NCBI RefSeq assembly: GCF_001194135.2
Contig: NC_068982.1
Location: 157,769,306-157,833,305 of the forward strand
DNA length: 64,000 bases
Origin: Octopus bimaculoides
Lineage: Eukaryota
Direction of reading: 5' to 3'
A model generated the notes under the pieces. The model searched no databases. It worked only from the letters and a program-made list of their open reading frames with translations, and was not told the origin of the DNA. Position numbers and translations under genes: made by a program. Shown in pieces: positions 37,256-50,449 of this stretch. Every line of letters starts with the position of its first letter. The first letter of the stretch is position 1.

Positions 37256-38212
37256 GTTTGTTTTGACACTGTTGAGCTGGTTGGTTAAATGGTTCATAAG
37301 TTTATGACCGTATTGTCAGTTGGTCAAATATTTGATAAAATTATGTCAGTGTTGATGATAGCTAACATTTTCTTCAGGCAATGGGTTTGTTCATACATTT
37401 GGTTTACAAAAATGGCGGCGAGCTGTAGGTGTCTTAAAAAAAAACAAGAGTAAATCTCCTCCTGTAAAGAGTACCGGATCAATGTACATCATAGCAAGAA
37501 ACACAGATGAAGGCAGCAGCATCAAACTTTCTCATCCACCAAATGTCACATATCAAAAGAGGCTTAGTGAAAGTGTGGAAAATCTGACGATGGTGCCTAG
37601 CTTGACCGCGGCTCTCCAACTGAAACTAATAAAAAAAAGATTTAATAAATATAATATATATATATATATGAACGCATGTGTGTTTGTGTGTGTGAGTGTG
37701 TGTGTGTGTGTGTGTGTGCGTGCGTGTGTGTGTGTGTATGTGTGTGTGTNNNNNNNNNNGTGTGTGTGAGTGTGTGTGTGTGTGTGTGTGTGCGTGCGTG
37801 TGTGTGTGTGTATGTGTGTGTGTGTGTGTGTTTGAGGCGCGTTGTCACAGAATATGGAGTTTTATTCTAAGGCAAAATTCGCAAACCTTGATTGGTTTAT
37901 TTATTCTGATACTCTGTATACAATCGTTTATGCGATTTCTTTGTTCATCCAAGCAAGTTTTCATTTGCAAAAAGTGTTTTAATACTGCCATGTTTGGTTC
38001 CATGCGGTGGTGATGGAATTAGCTTATGTTTGCTTTGAATGTTTTCGGTTAGCCCATGTTGGTAGTTTGGCACAGTGCAGTAATATGCATTGTGTTTGTG
38101 TTTGCATATCATACTAAAGGCGTCAAGAATGTAAGCAGAAGTCAAGTAATTCAATCGATTCTACCTTCTGTAGCGCTTCCATACAACTATGTGGACGTAT
38201 ACCAATACAAAA

Positions 38213-38476
38213 TGTTGTTGTTGTTGTTGTTGTTGTTATTATTATTGTTTTACTTCTTAGAGCGCTCGGTCTTGTTTGCTTTGGTAAATTCTGTGAGAAC
38301 AGTCTGGTGTCAGAGATCTTACAGGATCTCTATCCGCATATCCTAAGCTTTGATACTTGGATGTTAATTATCGTGGAAGACATTCAACATCCAAATACCA
38401 ATCTCAAAATCCTAGCCGTCCCCAGCAGAGCAGATTTTGTGGCTTGCTCTGCTCTCATATCAATTCCGATTTTTCT
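38213..38476 (-). mobile_element. R4/Dong-like LINE 3' end (second, distinct family)
   Basis: 38473 to 38384 translates KIGIDMRAEQATKSALLGTARILRLVFGC*, then about 135 bp of UTR and an (AAT)/(AAC)n tail. (AAT)n also lies at the 5' junction. Confidence 0.85.
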
Positions 38477-39096
38477 ATTATTATTATTTAATTTTCTTTT
38501 TATTATTGGGGTAGTTGTGGATACATAAACGGGAAGGTAGTCGGACAGAATGACTTACATATAGTTACATACCTTAAAGTTCTGAATTCCAAAATCTCCT
38601 TCGTTGATTTTGATTTTATTCTTGGTAGGGTTTATATGCTATGCACATTTCACCTTCCAGGTCGATACAACATAGTACATTTGTCCAATATATTTGGGGC
38701 ATTCATCCTATGCTCTAAATCAATAGTATTATTTTGAGGTAAGACTCCGTAATGCAGGGGTAGCTGTTATTGGTCTGTGTTATGTCACGAAATCACATTA
38801 TTTTGACAAAATACAAATTTACAACAGAATGGTTTATGTCTCTTTGCTCAAACCCATGTCATCAGAGCAATAATCAATTATATTGAAAGTTATATTAACA
38901 ATAAATATAAAAACTCAAGTGAGCTAGATCGTACATAAATTGAACACGGAACCATGGTGTTCTAAAATAAATATAGTCATTCCTGAAGCTTGGCTTTAAT
39001 ATTTCCTCTCTCCTTTATTCACACAGTTCACGAAGCTGAAAGCTGTTTATATAATATTAATACCGAAGAGTAAAAGACATCAACAAATAGGAAACT

Positions 39097-39138
<42 letters not shown>

Positions 39139-40620
39139 NNNNNNNNNNNNNNNNNNNNNNNNNNNTGTGTGTGTATGTGTGTGTGTGTGTATGTGTGTGT
39201 GTGTATGTGTGTGTGTGTGTGTGTTATGTGTGTGTGTGTGTGTGTTATGTGTGTATGTATGTGTCTTTGCGTATGTATGTGCGTGTGTGATTGTGTATGT
39301 ATGTATGTATTTATCTATATATTGTTTAAGAAGAGAAAACGAAGAATGGTATTATTGATCACTAACTCTGTGTGAGATGATGCAAGGTGTCAGTTACGAG
39401 AGTTAATGTAGCAGATAATATGAATATAAATTATTGACAAAAACTAAAAAGCTATAGATGTATATAGTAAAAATAAATAATTCTATGGAGACTTCGACCT
39501 TCAAATATTTTATACATTCCCTCTCTAAACTAAAATCAGGACGGAAACAATTTCCAATACAAAGATAATTTATCGATTTGGTTTTTATTGTATTTAATAA
39601 AGAAACAATAAAAAATAAATATAGAATTCAGACAACGGAAGAATATTATTTTTCAAAACTTGAAAAATAAAAGAAATTAAAGAAACAAAAAAGGGAGATA
39701 ATTATTTTATACCCCTGAGTCTAAATTGAAACTATTCAAGATTAAAATATTTTTAATATTGTAAGCGAAGAATATGATTTAGATTGGGGACATTGTTTCC
39801 CCACTTGGGAAGATAATAAAGTGTTGCATTTAGTAGGCGAGGTGAGAAAATTGCTTGAGTAAAATCGACTGTGTAAAAAGACTGAATATTTCTGTTCCTG
39901 GGAGCAAATGTGTGTGCGTGTATGTATGTATATGTGTTAGATATGGTTATGTATGTGCGTCAGTGTGTTTGACTTTCTTCTTTTGCATCTATATGTATGA
40001 GTTTTTCGCTCCAGCTTAAAACTGATTTCATATCGAATTTGTGATATTATGATTTGTCCCTTCAGAGAAATAAATCTTATTTATTTATAATACACACACA
40101 CACACACACACACACATACACACACACGCACACACACGCACACACGCGCGCGCGCACACACACATACACACACACACACATAATTCAGTGAAAACAAGAT
40201 TTGGTGCCTATTGAAATAACCGGACTTCTATATGATTAATAATACTTCAATATTCTTCGTATAAACTACTTCCTACATATAAAATGGTTAGACTCAATAA
40301 CCACTGATACATTATATCAAGCGAATTTGTGACAGTTTTTATAAATCTCTTGTAATAGCAAAATGAAGTGATGAGTTCCCTTATTTTGGTCGATTTGCAC
40401 CGATTAATCATCGGATTCTATATAATTTTTGTAACTATAGATAAAAACCAGCGAAAAATTTAGTCTTTACACAGTTGCATGACCTGAAATACTCCACAAT
40501 CACAAATTTATCATTTTGAAATAATAAGGAATATGTACACTTGGTAAGATAAACTGAATGAATGCGGCTGAAATACCCTCGAACCTAGCTCAAAGGAAAC
40601 TTTACTTGACGCTGCTATCA

Positions 40621-40824
40621 TATTTTGGCACAAGGCCAACAATTTCGGGGAAGGAGACGAGTCGATTATATCGATCGCAGTGTTCAACTGGTATTTATTT
40701 TATCAACACCGAAAAGATGAAAGGTAGAGTCGACCCCAGCGGCGTTTGAACATAGGATGTAAAATCGGAAGAAAAGCTGCTAAGCATTTTTCCGGCACGT
40801 TAACGATTCTTCTTGCTAGCCTCC
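40621..40824 (-). mobile_element. Family-A SINE
   Basis: ttttggcacaaggccaacaatttcg...actggtatttattttatc...gatgaaaggtagagtcgac. Confidence 0.88.
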
Positions 40825-41023
40825 TTCCTGACACTAAATATTAACAATAGCAAATAGTGATATTGCCTGAAAGGTCCTTGGAATTGAACGCAGGAGAGGA
40901 TTCCTTAGTTATAAAAAGAGCTTTAACCGCTTTCAGATTTCAACGAGATATTGCCGTTCTTATTAGACGAGACAGACACATACACTGACACAAAATCACG
41001 AAAACAGGCATGTGTGTGTGTGT

Positions 41024-41061
<38 letters not shown>

Positions 41062-43338
41062 CAAATTGTCGGTGTTATTTCAGCGTCGAATAGAATCTAT
41101 CTTTCCGGATTATTGCGCAACAAGCTCGAATTCAGCTGAAGTCTTTGTCTCTCCTCATTGCACGGTAAATAAAGTGCTACTCAACGACTAGTCATNNNNN
41201 NNNNNNNNNNNNNNNNNNNNNNNNNNNNNNNNNNNNNNNNNNNNNNNNNNNNNNNNNNNNNNNNNNNNNNNNNNNNNNNNNNNNNNNNNNNNNNNNNNNN
41301 NNNNNNNNNNNNNNNNNNNNNNNNNNNNNNNNNNNNNNNNNNNNNNNNNNNNNNNNNNNNNNNNNNNNNNNNNNNNNNNNNNNNNNNNNNNNNNNNNNNN
41401 NCTCTCTCCTGCGCTCTCTCTTTCTCTCTCTCCAGCGCTCTCTTTCTTTCTCTTTCCAGGGCTCTCTCTCCTTCTCTCTCTCCCTCTGTCCCCTCGTTTA
41501 TAAAAATATCAGTAAACTAAAAGGATAAAATATTTTGATAATATTTTACCAATTTTGTCGGGATAAATGAAAAAAGTGTTTACATTTTTTTCAAAATATG
41601 CTACTGATTTCAGTCGCTTTAAACGATGTTTTAGTCATGCCGAAATAAAAGAGAACTAAATTGAAATAAACTAAATTAATCTTTCATGAAGTTAATATGC
41701 TCTTCTTACAAAAATTACATGGTACAGGCATTTCGTTTCCTTCTAAATGCGGTTTAGTCGTTCAAACATTTGCAGCAGCAGTTCAAGCAAATGTAGCTGT
41801 CCTTTCTCATTAAAATGTGTTTGATATTAGTAGCATTGCTGCAGTAGTCGTGGTTTTGGTTGTGTTGGTGTATTTGCGTCTCCGTAAGGTAGTTGTTTGG
41901 CCAAAAAACCCGATGGAATAAGTACTCAGCTTTAAAGAAATTAAATGCCGGAATCGATTCATTCGACTGAAAGTTCTTCAAGCATGGCCTAATTCTAATA
42001 GCCGAAACAAGTTAAAGGTAAACTATTACATACAGATCAGAGCAAATATACATAATATAGGGAACCAGTTTTGCATGGTGTAGGCTCTCTCTATGTTAAA
42101 TGATCATCCGTTACTGCTGAGATTTTACGAAATTATTGACAAATATTTCACTACAGGACATAATTATCATAAGTAGGTCGTTCGGGCGATCAACATTTGC
42201 TTCAAAATTTCGCTGTTTCGGTAGACAGTAAAAGCACACGAGAAATTTCGAACCCGACCACACAACAAGACCGCTTTTATAATTAGCAATTACGCTAATA
42301 TTTATATTACGCCTATATTTTAAGGCGTTAGTTTATCGAGCTAAATTTCTCTTGCAAACAGCAATGAATTAGAAAGTTACCTAGCGATTAATAAAAAATC
42401 TCTTTAAATTCTCGCGCCCTATTTACATTGCCAGATATTTATAAAGCTATCTTATCAGTTCACCATCCAAATATATCTAGAGTTTGAAATTTGAAATATT
42501 AGCAATTATAAAACCTACTGCTCTATTAAAAGTCACAAAAACATTCATTCTCCAGTGAATGTGAGATATGTCTCTCGGTGAAACATAATTTTATTACAGC
42601 CTTTAGGTATTTTTTCCAATGATAAGAATTGATTAATCATTAAAGAAAACATCAGTGGCTATTCGTTGAAGAATTCTCAACTACATACTAACAAGAATAC
42701 TTTATTTTCTACACAATCCAATAACCTTACTCTAAAAGATAGTCGTATATTAGATCATTGAAAAAGTTAATAAAATAAAAATTGCTAATAAAAATTGCAT
42801 ATAAGAAAGAATACATGGTTACTTTATATATTTCTCTTCAGGAATATAGAAAAATAAGTGATTTCGGAATAAGTTAAAAACTAAATGAATAGCGCTGTTT
42901 TGAACGGTTTTTATTTTAAGTAAGCAATCACGTGATATTTTTATGCTTTTCTCATATTTTCTCATATTTTCTCACCCTGCTTACCGATATCTAAAGTGAA
43001 TTAGAGCGATACCAAAACTGAAGAGTGCGTGTGAAGTATTTGAGGAAATATTTAATACAACAACTTTAATTTATTGCAGAGATGTATTTGCCCACAAATA
43101 TTTTGATCTGATGTTGTGTACTGAAACTAAAGAAGCTGCAATATAATTTAGCCATTCAAAAGCATACAAAGGCACATAGCATTTATTTTCAATATGGTGT
43201 CAAAATTTCCGTTGCTCGAAACAGCGACCTCCTCTCTGACAAGAAATTGAGCTGCATCATAAGAATTCTGCTCACAACTTTAACCTAGTAAAAATAGATA
43301 TATTTGAATAAAAATTTGTGCACATGTTCTCGAGAGGT

Positions 43339-44030
43339 TCATTTTATGACTCTACCTTCAGCTTCGTTGTCTGTTTCAATGCGGGACAGGAATCAATGAC
43401 ATGCATGTACAAAATTACCCCTATTCATTTTGAACATCAGCTAGATTATGGCGGCCTTTAGTAAAGCTAAGGTATTGTGAGGATATTGATTTGTCTCCCT
43501 TTTTAACAGCGCTTCAAACGTAGTAGTCAATGGGACCACTTGTGAGCTTGAAGCCCTCAAATTTGGTGCTAACTGATCGTAAAGATTGTCTGACATCTCT
43601 TTTGTGATAAGATGGGGCTTTGTCCAAAAGTGCTGAATCTTTTTGAAACATTTATGGCCTTCCACTGAACACTTCATCTATCCAGGACTTAACAACTGTC
43701 TCTAGCAACTCACCTTATCTAGTAGCATTAATTCTCAGACACCTTGGAAAGATATGGAGTGGCATGACGGACCTTCGTTACATACCGATTCCAAAACCCT
43801 CACAGTCGCTGGAAACTTAGTGGGCATCACTTTGGGGTCATCAGATGGATTTGCATATAATCACCTGTAATTTCTTCTGTTAGTTTTTAGTGGAAGTTTT
43901 CTTTCATCGGAGAAGAACCAAAGCATGAGGCTTTTAAATTCTTATGTAGCCGCTTAATCTTTGCATTCATGAATTAGCCTCCCTTCAGTTCATATGACTT
44001 ATATCGAATGTCCTCATGCTCCACACTTCT
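43339..44030 (-). mobile_element. Tc1/mariner-superfamily transposase pseudogene, DD37D/maT-like
   Basis: Broken translation gives HEDIRYKSY, LWFFSDE, NRRNYR, TKFPATVRVL, VVKSWID, MFQKDSA, PIDYYV*, ETNQYPHNTLALLKAAI and SRIETDNEAEGRVIK*. D2 (43637-43639) and D3 (43526-43528) are 36 codons apart. Confidence 0.85.
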
Positions 44031-45758
44031 GATAGTTCACTTCAAAATCTGAATATATTTGGTTATGGCCCTCATTGGTTTTCCGTAATCATCATAGATA
44101 ATATTTTGAATTGCAATGTCGTTGTAGTCACCCAACATTTAGATTTAGACATTCTTAGTATGGGCGTGCAATTTCATCAGAATTTCGTGTACAATACATT
44201 TCAAGCATTTACAAGTTAGTCAATGTCTAAGTCGCTGTGTTTCTCATATATGACAACAATGACTGCATGTATTTTCATTTTTCGTGTTAGCATTTTATCT
44301 ATCATGGCGCGTGGGGTTGGAATGATTTGAAGAAAGTAATATACTCATAATAAATCTCCTCAAATATTTGAAGCACCCCACTCACGCACAAAGAGATACA
44401 CATATATTAAACGTGATTATTATTACATATATATATATATATATATANNNNNNNNNNNNNNNNNNNNNNNNNNNNNNNNNNNNNNNNNNNNNNNNNNNNN
44501 NNNNNNNNNNNNNNNNNNNNNNNNNNNNNNNNNNNNNNNNNNNNNNNNNNNNNNNNNNNNNNNNNNNNNNNNNNNNNNNNNNNNNNNNNNNNNNNNNNNN
44601 NNNNNNNNNNNNNNNNNNNNNNNNNNNNNNNNNNNNNNNNNNNNNNNNNNNNNNNNNNNNNNNNNNNNNNNNNNNNNNNNNNNNNNNNNNNNNNNNNNNN
44701 NNNNNNNNNNNNNNNNNNNNNNNNNNNNNNNNNNNNNNNNNNNNNNNNNNNNNNNNNNNNNATATATACCTACTTACATGCACATATACTTGCATATATT
44801 CCCAGATATATCTACAGGAAAATCAAATTCATATGTGGTCGAAAATTTCACGTTTGCTATACGTAAGAAGTGATGCATAAAATTTTCGCATCTTTGATGG
44901 ATGTACATACATACATAATACATACATACATACATACATACGGACGTACATACGTACATGCATTCATACATACAGAGAGGGATGAATGTATATGTATACA
45001 TATAATTTAATATAAATGATGTATATGTTTTCTCTAATTTTCTTATAGTTTTAAGCAACTTCTTTTGTTATCGTTTTTACAGTTTGTTCCAACCTGTGTG
45101 CACAATAATGTAGAAGTAACTCAAAGTAATGTTCAATTAATTATCTCTGCAAAAATTGTTAAAAGAATAATCAAAAAAATCACGCAAAACAACCCCGAAA
45201 TCGAGATACATCCGTACAATCGAAATAAAGGAAGTGTTAATAGATAAATGATTTATCAAAGAAATTATTTTCAAACTACAATAACAACTCAAATATTCTT
45301 GGCATTTTGAAGACGTGTAGCGTTAATAATAATGGTGATGATGATGATGATGATGACGACGATGACAACAACAACAATATTAATAACAATAGTGTATACA
45401 GCTATCTCACTCAATGATAAGATGATGTTGACAATGATGATTATGCGATGATCGTGATTATGATGCTTATGAAGGTGATATTGAGTATTATATGTAAATA
45501 TATCTATACAAACACACACACACACACACACACACACGGATGTATGTATGTATGTATGTAAGCATGTATGCATGCATATATGTATGTATGTATCTATCTA
45601 TCTCTCACTCTCTCTGTATATATATATATATATATATATATACATACACATATATGTGTGTGTGTGNNNNNNNNNNNNNNNNNNNNNNNNNNNNNNNNNN
45701 NNNNNNNNNNNNNNNNNNNNNNNNNNNNNNNNNNNNNNNNNNNNNNNNNNNNNNNNNN

Positions 45759-45801
<43 letters not shown>

Positions 45802-45909
45802 TTTATACATATTCTATACATATAAAAATACAAATGTATATTTATAAATATATGTATTTATATATTTTATAGACATATAATATATATGAATATATATATA
45901 TGTATGCAT

Positions 45910-45944
<35 letters not shown>

Positions 45945-46502
45945 TGTATGTAAAGTGCATAAATGCTCACCTGAACACAAGTACATATACAAACATAAAC
46001 ATGCTCACACATGCACATATACACGACACGCTTATGCATACATACATACATACATACATACATATAGACAGACAGACACACATATACACATACATATATA
46101 TACACATGAATACACACATTTGTGTGTTTGTGTCAGTATCCATATGGATGTGTGAGTAATTGTGAACATCTGTTTATCTGTTTGTGTGGTGCGTGTGTAT
46201 GTATGTGTGAAACACAAAATATGTTGTTAAATGCATCAGATATATCGATCTAAGGTAATGCAGAAATTTGTTTTGCATTGTGGAAATTGTGATTGAACTA
46301 GACAAGCAGCTAGAATTCGTTTCGACAATTGGTCCAATGATTGATTCAAGATAACATCATTGCTAAAACAAATTAGAAACTCACCAATCGGTTGAACAGT
46401 TGCTTATAAAGAAACATCCATTAGCTATTATCCATAAACATTATATGCATATATGTGTTTATGTATGTATATACATACATGCATATATATATGTATTTAT
46501 AC

Positions 46503-46533
<31 letters not shown>

Positions 46534-47004
46534 NNNNNNNNNNNNNNNNNNNNNNNNNNNNNNNNNNNNNNNNNNNNNNNNNNNNNNNNNNNNNNNNNNN
46601 NNNNNNNNNNNNNNNNNNNNNNNNNNNNNNNNNNNNNNNNNNNNNNNNNNNNNNNNNNNNNNNNNNNNNNNNNNNNNNNNNNNNNNNNNNNNNNNNNNNN
46701 NNNNNNNNNNNNNNNNNNNNNNNNNNNNNNNNNNNNNNNNNNNNNNNNNNNNNNNNNNNNNNNNNNNNNNNNNNNNNNNNNNNNNNNNNNNNNNNNNNNN
46801 NNNNNNNNNNNNNNNNNNNNNNNNNNNNNNNNNNNNNNNNNNNNNNNNNNNNNNNNNNNNNNNNNNNNNNNNNNNNNNNNNNNNNNNNNNNNNNNNNNNN
46901 NNNNNNNNNNNNNNNNNNNNNNNNNNNNNNNNNNNNNNNNNNNNNNNNNNNNNNNNNNNNNNNNNNNNNNNNNNNNNNNNNNNNNNNNNNNNNNNNNNNN
47001 NNNN

Positions 47005-47051
<47 letters not shown>

Positions 47052-48783
47052 TATATTATATATGTGTACACAAATACATATATATATATATGTAGGTGTG
47101 TGTGTGTGTACATGTATATAAGTACATGTACATTCAGACATAAATCAATACATGCATACATACATGAATACGTGCGTAAATATATGCCTGCAACCATGTA
47201 AGAAGAGTGATGTACGGAATAAAGAAAGCAGTGGGAGTTTTAAAGACAGCCAAAAGAGTGAGAGAAAGAAACTGACAGCGAGAAAGAGAGTGATATATAT
47301 ATATATATATATATATAGTGGGAGAGAGAAAGAGTGAGAGAGAGAGAGAGATGAATGTGAAAAAATAAGAAAAGGGTGAGTCGGTTAAATACTGGGAAGA
47401 AGTTAGCTGTCAGCTATTTTGACAGCTAATATTTTTAATGATAAAAGAAAATATGCTAATATCATAAATAGCTGAATTACTCGAAAATTAAATCGTATAT
47501 GTAAACTTCAATTTCCGCTGTCATGATCATTATGTATAAGATATAACCAAATGATATAGCTAACTATATATTATTTCTTCAGGGACGATGACAGCGCCAT
47601 CGATAACATCGCTGATGATGGAGGATGTAGTCACGGGTGTGGTTTTTAAGAAACGATAGAGAGGAGGAGGAAGAGGAGTGAGAGAGAGAGTATATTATGG
47701 CATCTTCCTTTTTGAAATTTTTCATTGTCGTGTTAAGTTACGAGTTCAAATCGCACCTACAGGATGGAATGATTATAATTTTTACAGACTTTTTATCTCT
47801 TTCAAGTTCGTTGAGATGATAAAAAAATAGTTACCCTCTACCTCCCTCCCTCTCACTGTCACTTTCTGTATTTTTCCTTTGTTCTCTGCTTCACATTGAT
47901 TCCGTTTCTCATTTTCTCCCTCCCTCCGAATACACACACACACAAACATGTATATATGTATTTATCTATGTATGTGTAATGAGACACATACGCACGCCCA
48001 CAGAAATGTGTAGAAGCATGGAGAAAAGAAAGAATAAAAATGCATTTGGTGTTTTTAAAAAGATGTCTTTACATTTAGGTAAACCCTTCCAAATTTTCAT
48101 GAATTTCAAAAGCAGTCTAAACGGGAAGGATCTCGCGCTATATCGTATTTCACGCGATTCTAGTTAGCGCATAAAAGCTTGTTCCTATTCATAGAAAGAT
48201 TACGGCTCAAATTGCCATTATCTGAGTACAGTTTGTCTGGATGAAGCTGGTCTGAGGTCAAAGGATCGATAGACTGCTTGAATGATAGTAACACCAAATG
48301 TTTAGTCTCACAAAGTTAATAACAATTGCTTGTTGTCCACGTAATATGTCACAAGACAATATGGACGACAACTACGCCAAAATTCAAAAGCCGTGTTAAC
48401 AGAGTGAATGTATAAATAACAGTTTCATAGGATGGCTAAAATTAGAGAAATAGCTTTCTTGTTTATGCATACGATTATCTTGACAATTCAAATTTGTAGT
48501 TCACATTCTCTCGCAGAAAAACGTTGACAAGCATATACACAAATAAGTTATTTCTATACATTTAGCTGCTGCTTCTTCTTCTTCTTCTTCTTCTTCTTCT
48601 TCTTCTTCTTCTTCTTCTTCTTCTTCTTCTTCTTCTTCTTCTTCTTCTTCTTCTTCTTCTTCTTCTTCTTCTCGTCGTCATCATCGTTGTCGTCATCATC
48701 GTAGTCGTCGTCGTCGTCCTCCTCCTCCTCCTCCTCCTCATCATCATCATCATCATCGTCATCATCATTATCATTATCATCAA

Positions 48784-48831
48784 GGGGCGAGCTGGCAGAA
48801 CCGTTGCATAACGGATAAAATACTTAGCTGC
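48784..48831 (+). mobile_element. Family-A SINE head fragment
   Basis: ggggcgagctggcagaaccgtt...aaaatacttagc. Confidence 0.65.
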
Positions 48832-49334
48832 TTGAAACAAAAAAAGATCCCGAAACGAAAATTGGGTTGGAAATGGAGCTGGAAATTTTGGCCCGGGTGA
48901 AATGAAACATTTGCATGTTGTAGTGGAAGGTAAGATAGTGTCAATGCTACAACTATCAGTTTTTTTTACTAGAAGGCATTTCCTATATTAAGCACCAACA
49001 TGAATATCAACCTGAAACTATTCCATCAACTACAGCAGCACACAATCGCAACAACAGTGAGTGCAGCTCAAACTACAAGACTGGAACCAACATCTCCAGT
49101 AACAACAGCTATAACAACACGAAGATCAATTGGAAACAACGGTAATAAAATTATACAAGAAAAAGAAACAAGAATACACCAACATTAAAAACTGGCAGTT
49201 GCAAGCAAATAGATCTGCTTTCGTAAGAGATGCACTAACACCACTCCCAGCAGCGGCAGCTACATATTTTCACTACCAGCACAATCACTGTCACGGACAT
49301 CACCATCATATTTACAAGCCTGCATATATGTGTG

Positions 49335-50101
49335 TAGATCTCCTTTGTTATCGTTTGGTTTAGGTTTAAATGTTCAAAGTAGACAAAACTTTTCATATCC
49401 CAACAAACAGATAACAACACCTCACGTGGGTGAAGACCTTCTTTAGCCTGGGGTGCCGGTGTTTCTCCATTCCTTAACCACTGTCTTCGACGCTTGACAT
49501 TTTTACAGAGAACTCATTTTTCGTCACCAGTCAATATTCGGTCTGAAAATGGTTCATTCGTGAGACATGACAGCAAAGATGAGCGCACATTCACTTTCTG
49601 CGCGCGATTAGACTGGGAAAGCCATTGATCCAATTGGTTGACTTTTCTGATGGCACGCAGTTGCCGATGAAAGGTTAAATGACTAAATCTAAGCTTCTCT
49701 GCTAGTTCCTCAGCAGTTACAATGGGATTTTGTTCCACTGAATTTGCAGGACGTCCTCATCGAGCTGTACAGTTCTTCCAGGACGAGGCTCGTATTTTAG
49801 GATGGAAATTTCTGGAACCATCGTTGACACTGCCTTACGCTTATTGTCTGTTCCCCATATACTACATTAATATTCCTCATACTTTCCGTTCTTGCCTTTA
49901 TTGAACTCATAAAGCAAAATATGCCGAATATGCTCCTTTATAGCTTTTGAAAACAAAAAATTGTTAGAATCGAACTGCACTCTTCAAATTACTACCTGCT
50001 TTTACAGCAAGTTGATGCAGGTAGTTTATCCCGCCCCTCCCCCCTCCGACTTTTAGTTCATGCAATTAAAAAGTCCGCATTATTTATGGGATGACCCAAT
50101 A
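49335..50101 (-). mobile_element. Mariner transposon, 5' half with left TIR, pseudogenised
   Basis: TIR-like TATTGGGTCATCCCATAAATAATGCGG at about 50075-50101. Translation: KEHIRHILLYEFNKG, QCQRWFQKF, EPRPGR, EELAEKL, RILTGDEK*, KNVKRRRQW, GLHPREVLLSVCWDMK. Truncated before the second catalytic Asp. Confidence 0.93.
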
Positions 50102-50236
50102 TAAACATTTTAAGAAAAGCAACAAATGAAGAAGGAGACAGGCAAGCAAACTTCTAAAACCAATCCAGATATTCTAAACAAAGCTATGGAATTACGATCA
50201 AATCATGTATGAACGACTAAACTATTGTAATTTATA

Positions 50237-50449
50237 CGAGATGATGCTAAAAAGTTCCTGGCTTTAAGGGTATCGCGAAAGGCTTGGTAGGAAGCCAATT
50301 CTTCCAAGTGCATTTACAGGGCTTAGAAAAACTGAAGGACCGCTGCAATAAGTGTGTGAATCTAAGAGGTGAATATGTTGAATAAAATCGTAATTGATCC
50401 TGCTACATTTTCTTTTACCCAAAACCAGGAAATTTTCAGCACCTTCTCG
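50237..50449 (+). mobile_element. Non-autonomous mariner derivative (MITE-like, 213 bp)
   Basis: Imperfect TIRs CGAGATGATGCTAAAAAGTTCCTGGCTTT / AAAACCAGGAAATTTTCAGCACCTTCTCG, TA on the left and CA on the right. Retains the transposase C-terminus GLEKLKDRCNKCVNLRGEYVE* (stop 50383-50385). Confidence 0.85.

Noticed and set aside
37408-37425. AAAATGGCGGC as a YY1 site or housekeeping-gene start
   Set aside because: GGCGGCGAGCTG matches the family-A SINE head, and the ORF stops after 13 codons.
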